From Tubulanus polymorphus (taxonomy: Eukaryota; Animalia; Nemertea), in assembly GCF_964204645.1 (NCBI RefSeq), contig NC_134026.1, positions 5,293,950 through 5,357,949 on the forward strand: a stretch of DNA of 64,000 nucleotides. The letters run 5' to 3'. The position numbers and the translations under genes were made by a program. Positions 47,601-58,187 of this stretch are shown piece by piece (position 1 is the stretch's first letter; each line of letters begins with the position of its first letter). The notes under the pieces were generated by a model, which was not told the origin of the DNA, searched no databases, and saw nothing but the letters and a program-made list of their open reading frames with translations.

Positions 47601-48418
47601 AGTGATACTGCCCGATCCTCTCGGAGACCGGTGATACTACTGATACCCCGATACCACTGTTACCAGTGATACTGCCCGATCCTCTCGGAGACCGGTGATA
47701 CTACTGCTACCCCGATACCACTGTTACCAGTGATACTGTCCGATCCTCTCGGAGACCGGTGATACTACTGCTACCCCGATACCACTGATACCAGTGATAC
47801 TGCCCGATCCTTCAGGAGACCGGTGATACTACTGCTACCCCGATACCACTGATACCAGTGATACTGTCCGATCCTCTCAGAGACCGATGATACTACTGCT
47901 ACCCCGATACCACTGTTACCAGTGATACTGCCCGATCCTCTCCGAGACCGGTGATACTACTGATACCCCGATACCACTGATACCAGTGATACTGCCCGAT
48001 CCTCTCAGAGACCGGTGTTACTACTGATACCCCGATACCACTGTTACCAGTGATACTGCCCGATCCTCTCCAAGACCGGTGATACTACTGATACCCCGAT
48101 ACCACTGTTACCAGTGATACTGCCCGATCCTTCCAGAGACCGGTGATACAACTGATACCCCGATACCACTGTTACCAGTGATACTGCCCGATCCTCTCCA
48201 AGACCGGTGATACTACTGATACCCCGATACCACTGTTACCAGTGATATTGTCCGATCCTTCTGGAGACCGGTGATACTACTGATACCCCGATACCACTGT
48301 TACCAGTGATACTGCCCGATCCTCTCCAAGACCGGTGATACTACTGATACCCCGATACCACTGTTACCAGTGATACTGTCCGATCCTCTCAGAGACCGAT
48401 GATACTACTGATACCAGT
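44628..48418 (-). repeat. Tandem array, same 64-bp unit in inverted orientation, ~59 copies (right arm)
   Basis: Reverse complement of the left-arm unit (TACTACTGCTACCCCGATACCACTGTTACCAGTGATACTG...GAGACCGGTGA). Confidence 0.97.
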
Positions 48419-49742
48419 GTTGCTACGGATGCTTTCGGCCCGTGTTGTATGCGGTGGTCCTGTTCTCACTGTATTGTCCCATGGCGCCCTCTACATAGCC
48501 GCCATCTTGAAACGGTGTTCTGGTACACCACCGAACAACCCGTCTTATTCTGATCGAGACGGGTAATTTTACATCATTGCATCTGTCCAATTTCTCATTT
48601 ACGATTTTTTCAGCCTACACAGTTTCAGTAGGCTTACATCAAATCAACATCTTCGTCAGATCGACGCTGAAACTGGAACTAACAAGCAACGCATGCATCG
48701 CTAACCAGCCGCCATGCTGCCGCCGCGCGCCATCGGCGTCACCTGCCTGCTGCTCTATTTGCTTGAGCACATACAACACAATACATATAAAGATACCAAT
48801 ATGCTTGCAGTGTGGTTGTTGGTTTAGAATTTAACGGGCTAAGTTCTAGCTGCAGGGTCGGGGAGCGGGATGATCTTTAAAAGGCAGGTCTTGATTGAAC
48901 GCACTCAGACTTTTTAGGAATAGCATTTATTTCCAGATAATGTCTAAACTCAACAGGTTTATTCTATACTGGAATGTAGAGCGTATTTTAGTTGAAACGA
49001 AAAAGCCAGAATCGTTCGTTGAGACCGATCAAAACCTGCCTGTTGTTAGTGATACTCACCATACTAGATACTGAGGCCTAAATTATGAACCCTTACCTTC
49101 AGATCAACCTGATTGATTCATCATCAAGAGACATGATTTGCCTAATTTTTTTGTCGCTGTCTCAAAATCATAATGAAAATTTGATTAATTGAAAATGAAA
49201 ATGAAATTTTGAACGGGTTGTCCTATAGGTCTGGTAAGCTCGCTGTGCGTTGCATTGCATGGGCAGCTCATTAAAACACCATTAATTCTTTATTAGAACC
49301 CGTTAACATAGATTGTAGGTAAGACTTGCAGATCCACACCTACTTTGAACCATTGTTGAAAGGTGCTGATCTGCACTTCTGATAGTATCAGTGTTGACTC
49401 CTCGATTCAATCTACTTTGAAATTGAAAATACTTTTATAAGTGGTTTCATTAGAGCAAAATGTCCAAAACTCCTTTTATATAATTTTTATAGTTCAGAAA
49501 ACTACACCTAAATCGGTACAGTTGGAACCAGGATTTTTTCTACCAATTAGGTGGTTGTCCAATTTGAAACCTAGTTTAGATTAGTGCAAAGGATAGAAAT
49601 TTGCCTACAAAACCATCGAATTAGTGGTTAACCGGGATAAACAGTAGGGCTACCTATTTAGGAGGAGTCTACTGTAATGAAAGTGATGCGGACACTTCCT
49701 TGAAATTTCAAATGTTCTTGAAAACTCGTCATATCCAAGAAT

Positions 49743-49951
49743 GACTGATCTGTAGAGTGGCCGAGTGGTTTAAACCGCCGGTCACTGGTCTTGTCAATCC
49801 AGGGTTTGTGGGTTCAAACCCGGGTGGCGACAGAGTTTCTTGGTCGAAGGTTCTTCTCTGGTCTCTCCCCCATTGGGAAAAAGAAACATCGAACTGGCTT
49901 ATAATGCCCTGTGTGGCGCTTAGCAGGTTGAGGGTGTTGACCGATCTGTAG
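49743..49951 (+). mobile_element. tRNA-derived SINE in eIF4H-B1 intron 1
   Basis: A box TGGCCGAGTGG and B box GGTTCAAACC, followed by a non-tRNA body; bounded by the direct repeat GAC(T/C)GATCTGTAG. Confidence 0.65.
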
Positions 49952-50993
49952 GGACCCCTGGATAACAGGCGCTATATTATTGAAACTGTTAGTTTGTTTT
50001 GTAGCGGCTATAACAATTATGGTGACAGACGAGGAGGAGGAGGAGGCGGCGGCGGTGGTGGACGATATCAACAAGAATTCCCGACCGAAGCACCGTTTAC
50101 GGCTTACGTGGGAAATCTACCCGATGGCGTCGTGCAAGGAGATTTACATGATATGTTCCAAGATTTAAAAGTGAGTTGAGACCAAAAATATAAATTTCAA
50201 TGTAGGCCCTAATCAAATTCATGATGAATCTGGATCACTTGGAACTGATAAAATCTATAAAAGGCTCATTATAGCGGGGAAAAAAGCTTTGCGCTTTTAT
50301 CATATAACTGTGATACAAGTAATTTCGAGTAATGTAGATGTTAATGAAATTTTTTTCAAACGAAAAATATTGTATTTTTATGTCATACAGAGTGGGTAGA
50401 GACAGTAACCCCTAGTAATGTCTAGTTTATGAAGTAATCCATAGTATTATTGGTATTCACCTCAGGTGATAAAATCAATCCAGGTTATAAGAAATTTGAA
50501 TTGAATGTGATCGAATTATATATCCGGACTAAACCAAATCGGATTGAGCTGCTCCGGATTAGGCATGTTATTAAGTTGACAGTTTTGGTTATAAACCTAA
50601 CCTCCATTAACCTTGTTTTTTCCAGGTTAAAAATTCTCGTTTGGTGCGCGATAAAGTGACTGATAAATTTAAAGGATTTGCGTACGTCGAATTTGCCGAC
50701 GGGGAAAATTTACGCGAGGCGCTTGAATTCGACGGTGCTGTTAGTATCTTAATCTCGTGTAATAATTTAATAATGCCGAACTATTCGAGTTTTAATTCTA
50801 AATCGCTGTTGTATGTTTTAGTTATTTGTAGATAAAAATATACGGGTCAATATTGCGCAAGGTCGTAAGAGCGACCGAGGAGGTGGGTTCCGCGGTCGAG
50901 GAGGAAGTGGAGGTATATTTTTTAAACGTGATTTAATTCTGTCCGAATTTTGAATGAATTGATACCGGTACTTGTCTCGCACACCAGTGGTTT

Positions 50994-50996
<3 letters not shown>

Positions 50997-51080
<84 letters not shown>

Positions 51081-51088
51081 GTACGTAC

Positions 51089-51155
<67 letters not shown>
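50997..51155. repeat. (TA)n microsatellite interrupted by TACGTACGTACGTG, at the duplication junction
   Basis: Seen directly; absent from the homologous position in B2 intron 4 (60678). Confidence 0.98.
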
Positions 51156-51160
<5 letters not shown>

Positions 51161-51515
51161 TTATATATAGTACCTAAAGGATACGGGGTAAAAGATTTGT
51201 TTGTCAGGTCCCTGTGGATATTACAAATATAGAATTTCGCTCAAGAAAATTTAATTATTATGTAGTAAAACAACTACGCAATGAATTGATATTTAATTAT
51301 TATTATTATCATCATACTATAATCCCAACTAACGAACTATCGGTTTCCTGGTCCCGTGAAGTTCGTTATAACGAGGCTTGTATTGTATAGGCCTACACCA
51401 CAGGTTTAAACACGCGCCGCTAGTGGTAGGCTAACTCAACAAAGACCCTTCACACACAGTTCAGCGCGACGACCAGACCCTTGACAACTTGACAACTATC
51501 AACAGGCAGCGTGCG

Positions 51516-54500
51516 ATGGCGAACTACGGCAGTGATCACGGTGGATGAGACGGGTAATTTTAGATTATTCATCTGTTTTATGATTTTACACGTAGGCCTA
51601 CTATACAAATATATACAAATTCAACTGTGGGCTCATTCTGGGGCACCTTGCCACAGCATTTATCGTGAACTATCACGCGATCATGGGGTACCACATGGAC
51701 ATTGGGTTGGTACGTGGAGCTTTAGTATTTATAATATAGTCTATAGTATGTTGAAATCTGTCACGTCAAACGATTACGTCCGCGTATGAAACTTTCACAG
51801 TCGCTTAAATACTAGGAAACATAGAAGGTCGAGTTCGTATGTGGTGAATTTTTGTTACTCGGTTGATTAAATATTGCCGAAATAAAAGAAATTGAAATTT
51901 AGAAGTAGCGCCAGCCTCGTGTAGAAGTAAATCTGTATTAGTCCGCGCTTAAAATAGTGCCAATAGTGCCAATAGTGCATTTATTTTTAAAATAGCACTT
52001 TACACGGGCCTATACTGATTTAAAGCTCTTTATTTCCGTAGTTAGATATCGGGACATTTATTTTGTAGTTTAATGCCAGAAATTTCGTTATTTTTTCTTA
52101 GTTTGTGTGTCAGAATGTTAACAAGTCACAAGGCGATTTCGAGTACACGTGCTAAACTGCCGTTGTGTTCACGTGCACTCTAAATCGAGTACACTCCATC
52201 CTCGCTTGCCAGGAGCCGGTATCGCTCCCCGAACTGTCCGGGGATCGGCTTTATAGCTACTAAAAAAAAGTTCGAATCCTTAGAAGGGTGAAGACTGAAC
52301 ACACGCAGTATAGTTGTTTACTATTTAGTAAAACTCTGATCCTACAAACTATTTAAATCACGAGAAAATCATGTTGCCAACAACTTCACAAACGGCCGCG
52401 AAGTCCAATTTAATTAGGCCTTAGGTCCTACTCACACGGGCTCGCATTTGAAGTTTAGTAGTGGGGGTGAATTGCTTAGATCATCCAATATCCAAGGTAC
52501 TATATATATATTTCTTTTACCTTGGATATTGGATGATCTAAACAACAGTTCACCCCCAAACTTCTAATAGGAGCCCCTGTGCTCCCATCTTCGTATTGAA
52601 ACTGGACAACATCCAATACCAGTTTCTGGAATGGAAGGATCCGTCAATTTTTCTCAGATCAATCAGTTGACGATGAGCGGAGTCTCGAACCTGACATGGC
52701 ATCGTATACAGCTTCGACGAGTCTAAACTTAGTCCGGTTCACGGTGAAACCAGATGAATTTATATAAGTAAGAATTATGTGCAGCACTGTTTATTTATTA
52801 ATCATGCAATACTGTCTCAACTCTCCCGATTGGGTTCATAGCACGCAACATAGGCTATAACACAAAAAAATCGCTACATACATGTGCATGTTATACTCTC
52901 CAAGTTTACAATGAGGATGACTGACAGCCTTCGTCTGAACGTGGCTTAAACTTCAATGCACGGCAGAAGTATCGATCAAGTATCGCATAACAAAGTCAAA
53001 ACGAATGCGCCAATTTTCTATTTTCACCACATTATTGGTAACTATGGAAGTAACCTAACCCATCAAATACATCCATTGATTATGCACAGAAGACCCGGTG
53101 ATATTAGTCGAACTATTAGTAGGCCCTATTCCTATAGCGACGATTTAAGCGAGGTCAGCTGTACCATAAATGTTGCATTGTATGTTGACCTCAATTCTTT
53201 GTCTAATAGAGTGAAACTACTTGCAAACATGTTTGAAAGCCTTACCAATGAACTCGTCTTCACCCTGAGTTTGAGTCTGTCTGTGTCGTCTTTCTGATTT
53301 TTGGCCTATAGACATTTATTGCTTTTAAAATTTTCAAATTTGTAAACAAGAGGTGAAGGCTTTTATAACGTATACAGAGCCAAACATTTTTTGGGGTCCA
53401 AAATCAAAGATCTATGTAAGGGCCAGCCGAACAATTCGGATTGGATTTGCTGTGGTGCACTTTGCAAGATTGAACATGTTCACGGATTATATTTCATAGT
53501 TTTGTGAGCACGTTCAGTCACTAGTGACAAACTGTTTTATAATCCTGAGATAATTGCTCGTAGATTAAAGCAATAGAGACATTGAGTACGTACACAGTGG
53601 TCAACCTCGTTACAACATGGACGTATAAACTATAGGCCCTAACAAGTTTATACGGCTATGGTTACAGCGAACTTCACGGTAATAGAAAATATGTTCTTTA
53701 GAATCGATAGGCCGTTTTATCCAGTATGAAATTGATTATTTTAAATCTCTTAACGTACTTGGGGCGAAATTCTATATTTGTTATGCCACTAATTGTTGCT
53801 TTTGAGTTCTTTTCGGGCTCTATCGTACTGGGTGTAAATACATCCATAGTTCTGGGCAAAACCTCGCTGCAGAGAGACGTTTGTTACATAGAGGGATGGC
53901 CTTACGTTTGAACTTTCAGCATCACATCTACTTTGTCACTCCGAGTCATTGACCCCATGCATAAATCAAGTCGATCGGTATTATCAAAAATTCATAGATG
54001 AATTTCTGGTATAAATGAATACTGATATAGTGGTTATGATATACATTCATTTTTCGGTCTGATGGATTGACGGGAAGCATCCAACTCGAGGTTTTAGGCT
54101 TAAGGCCGATTTCACTGAATGTTTTCGCAGAGTTTTTGGAGCCGATTCCCAAGCATCATATTTCGGACAGTATTCTTACAGTTGTCTGGTGATCCGTCAT
54201 AGAATTATACAGGACCCAGTTCCACAGTTGTGAGTTAGAGTTAACTCTGAGTTAAAGTTAGTTCATTTTCAATGTTTTAACCCAGGGTTAACTCAGAACT
54301 GTGGAACTGGACCCAGATGTCTAAGTAATAATCGATTAATGCAAATTCAAAGGGTTGATCCAAGATTTCCAACGGTCGATAACTCTGCTGGTCTTCCCCC
54401 GGGATTTTGAAAAATTGCTCCCTTTTTCAATGCATCTGAGCATTGATCATTCCATATGTAACATATGACAAAAACTGAAAATTAATAATACGAAGGAAAT

Positions 54501-55841
54501 TTTCCAAGCGTTGCAACAAAGCATATCCAATGATTTTTATATCGATCAATGATGGTGTCATGAATTTTCTTGTTTATTTTTTTCTTGTAGCGGTTATAAC
54601 AATTACGGTGGTAGACAAAGAGGTGGATACGGTAGATATGGAGGTGACGAATATCCACAAGAAATCCCTACTGAACCGCCGTTTAAAGCTTACGTCGGAA
54701 ATCTACCCTATAGCTTCGTTCAAGAAGATCTACTCAAAATCTTCAGTAATTTTGACGTAAGTCTAACCTTAAATTAACATTTGAAATGTCACATGATCGG
54801 TAATGATCATGATTTTCGAAATTATGTTTGGCATACGCATGTCGAAAAAAACCATCAGCATCGAAAAACGAATCGGAGTTAATAAGATTTTTACATACGT
54901 AATTTAAATAACCTGCATTCGAATTATATATCGCGTTTAAGGGGGACGATCGAATGACAACCGGATCAGATCGAAATCAGGATTAACCTGTTCCAGTTTA
55001 AGCAGGGTTTACCTGGATTACAGCAGACACTTTTCGGTGGTCAATTCACGCGTTGTATTAGATTTTAAAATTGAATGTTTATTATTTACTTGGTGTCTAC
55101 CCCCAAAACCGCCCTCCCATATATACCGGCACCCCATCTTACCGCCAGGTTTTCTCATCTGTACATCAGACCAATATCGGGAGTTTTGACGGTATTATCA
55201 CTATCTAACCTTTAATTGTCCCGTTTTTCAGGTTAAAGATGCTCGTATGATAAACGATAGAGATACTGGTAAATTCAAAGGATTTGCTTACGTCGAATTT
55301 GCCGATGCGGATAATTTAAGCAAGGCGCTTGAATTAGACGGCTCAGTGAGTAAATTCTTTCTCAAATCATCGATAATTCAAAACAGTCGTTAACAAAACT
55401 ATTCGCCGTATTTGATTCTGTATCACTTTTACGATTCCATACATTTTAGTCATGTGGTGAAAGAAGTATGTGGGTCAAAGTTGTGCATGGGCGGACTGAC
55501 GGTGGAGGTCGTGGAGGTAATGTAGCGATTAAAACAATCAAGATTTCAAATGCCTAATCTACAAAGCAGATGAGCTATGATTGACCTTTATATTTAAATT
55601 TTCGGCTGAAAATTCAGATTCCAGCGGCCATTAAATCCGATCGGCCTATTTTATAAATGCTCATTGGTTTTATCTGCTATATTGAAATGACATTTTCAAT
55701 TTTGGTATTACAGGCTACAGAGGTTATGATAGAGGCGGCCGAAGTTTTGATAGAGGTGGATACCGAGGAGGTTACAGGCGCGGCGGCGGATATAACGATC
55801 GAGGCGGTTACGGGGGCGGTCGATTCTCGTCTGATCAATGA
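51516..55841 (+). pseudogene. eIF4H-like type A copy A2 with premature stop at codon 11
   Basis: Exon 1 ATGGCGAACTACGGCAGTGATCACGGTGGA-TGA (51546-51548) where A1 has CGA; remaining exons 54591-54756, 55232-55345, 55450-55516, 55714-55841. Confidence 0.8.
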
Positions 55842-57435
55842 TCAGTGAGAGTTGGCGTGATTCGGATATTCCTCATGAACCATCACCTGGTAATACTTGG
55901 TTAATTTTTGATAATAGTTTTATTGCATTGAAATATTTCTCCTTCATAACTGTAACACTTCCCAGTTAATAACTACCGGCATATTCAATTTGCTTTGTAA
56001 CGTATTTTGTTTAAGGTATTTTGTAATATTTTTTTTTTCTTTAATTTCAGGTGAAATGGTTTTATGTAGATTATACCTATTTGAATGAATTGAGCGCATA
56101 CTCAATCGCAGAATGTGACATTCTGAAAAAAATGAGATAGGTCTATCCCTCTCTTATTTTCTTAATTATTACCTTTGAAAAAGAATATCGTTAAAAAAAA
56201 TTAAGCTTGATTATTTACAGTAACATAATGCAAAAGAATGTAATTAACTTCCAATTTTCAATCTTGTCTTAATCTGCAATCATGAAAATCTCAAATGTGC
56301 AGTAGCGTGTGTTGTGTTGTGTAACACAGGATCGCGCCATGCCCAGCACGCGGCTAAATCGCCTTAGCCATTAATCTGTATTCGGTCTAGTGGGGTGAGG
56401 CTTTAAGAGTTTTATGTTTTTGCAATACAAGGCGATGATTATAAACGGGTTTAAACCAAATTCATGATCAGAGTGATCAGGTTTTACTTCTGATAAAAAT
56501 AAATAAGGTTTTCTTTTTTAAAAAAAAAGTGTTGATGATTTGTTCCATTTCGGTGTAGGTTCGCAGAGAAGTTAATTTGTTGATCAGGTCATCGTTTAGT
56601 GGTCGGCTTCAGTGTCTGTGGATCGCGATCATATATTACACAAACTTTTGGTATACAACCACCAACGACTAAATACGATGAACGATGAAGTACTCGGTCA
56701 TTGAAGCCTGTGCGTTCATGTTCACATAGGGGATAAGTGTAACCGGCTGGTTGTTGTATTGGTGGGCTGGCTGGGGAACTAGCATTTACACCAGCGGTAC
56801 AGGATTCCATCCATCAGGAACAACAAGGCAGTTAAACCTTATATGTGCAATCTTTATTGCATCCCGGAATGAGAATGATTATCATAGCTTTACATAGTCT
56901 TTATATACAGAATCATTAGTATAATGTGAGAACTAGGTGTCAGACAAGTTGTAGACATCAGGACTCGAAACAAACACCTAGTGACATGTTTGAGAGACAT
57001 TAATTAATTATCGATGAGCACTGACTATAGCTAATTATTGTGAAAACATATTGAGTAATGTCACATGTTGATTACGACCTTAAAGCACATATTGACACTA
57101 TAGTCATAAGTTATATTATATTATTATTATTATTATTATTAATATGTAGTAGAGCTATGAAATGTTGTGAACTGTTCGATATGACATTGTAGATCTATAT
57201 GATTATGAAATATGCAAATTATATCAGGGTGACATAAAGCCGGGTTCAAAATTAACCCCCCAAGCCGTTCACTCGGTGCCTCTCGACCCTGCAGATTGGT
57301 CGTGGCCAGTTCTTCTGGGTTATCGAATGGGAAACAGGAGGATATATAACATCTGCAAGAAAAGTACCTGAATTAACTAGAGAAATCCCACAATGATTCA
57401 AGGCAAAAGATGAAAAAAAGAAGAGTATATATTTT

Positions 57436-57480
57436 GGGCAACGTTTCGGCTAAACACTATCAGCCATCATCAGGCGTACT
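57436..57480 (-). ncRNA. Minimal type I hammerhead ribozyme candidate (Penelope-like remnant)
   Basis: Minus strand GC-CTGATGA-T-GGCTGA-tagtgt-TTAGCC-GAAACGTT-GC: catalytic boxes, 6-bp helix II and palindromic helix III present; helix I only ~2 bp. Confidence 0.5.
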
Positions 57481-58187
57481 GGAAATAATGTAACAGAATA
57501 TTTATACAAGAATCAGACAATAAGATTAAAGGGATTAAACAACAAAAACCAGAGATCAAAGGAGGCAAAACGACGAGGAAGGGGGTCGGGTACTAATGCA
57601 AAGCCAATCAATATTGTGTGGGCCCGCCGACCCTAGTCAGTAACCTGACTGGTTTAGTTTCACGATCGGATATTTTCACAAACCACGTTGGTATAAGCCC
57701 ATCCGATTATAAAAAGCTTACCACCAACGATTAACCAACCGTACGCCGACCCCGGAGAGTGATTATAAGGCATCCATCTTACACGGAGAGTATCTTCTTG
57801 ACTCGTACCACAGGCCGGACTTGACACAAAAGGATTTTGACCCCAGTATCCTAGGTACTATTAGTATCTAGGATAGTGGGGTCATAATCTCGAAATTCCG
57901 GCCACCTCGGTACACGACCGCCGCCCGCAGCCCCGGGGGGCGCGGCCACGCACGACCCGTTACCGGCCGTTGGTCTCCACTACACATTACTTTTAGCTGG
58001 CAAAGTGGAAAACCGGGATATCCTAATTATAGGCTTCAATGAGCCCCTGTTTTGGATTGCAGAACAATCCGATACGGAGAATTTGCCACCACCCGCCGGA
58101 TTCTCGACCGGCGTGTGCCCCGGCGAGCTGCTTAGATTCTAACCTGTTCTTTGCGGTAGTTAGTGCGATTAGTTCACCTATTCCAAT

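Larger units (their letters stand above)
36618..48540. mobile_element. Giant non-autonomous Foldback-type DNA transposon (11,923 bp) with satellite-built inverted arms
   Basis: Starts GGTTAGTCAGTGGTGTACCAGAACACCG and ends CGGTGTTCTGGTACACCACCGAACAACC. ~130-bp outer TIR, then inverted 64-bp arrays. Flanked by CGTCTTAT at 36610-36617 and 48541-48548 (9 bp CCGTCTTAT if the last C is target); single copy at the empty site 58222-58229. No transposase ORF. Confidence 0.93.
36576..50912 (+). pseudogene. eIF4H type B copy B1: exon 1 split by an 11.9-kb element and truncated after exon 4
   Basis: ATG at 36576 reads [15 protein letters not shown] into the insertion; exon 1 resumes 48541-48562. Exons 50005-50170, 50626-50739, 50822-50912 are near-identical to B2. 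Homology to B2 stops at 50996 in intron 4, so exons 5-6 are absent. Confidence 0.85.
29555..50996 (+). repeat. Tandem segmental duplication copy 1 (~9.5 kb plus the 11.9-kb insertion)
   Basis: Begins GGGGTAAAAGATTTGTTTGTCAGG and ends CACACCAGTGGTTTTG; colinear and nearly identical to 51185-60677 with scattered SNPs and small indels. Confidence 0.95.

Noticed and set aside
49751-49830. Functional tRNA gene
   Set aside because: A and B boxes are present but there is no convincing acceptor stem or T-run terminator; it continues into a SINE-like body.
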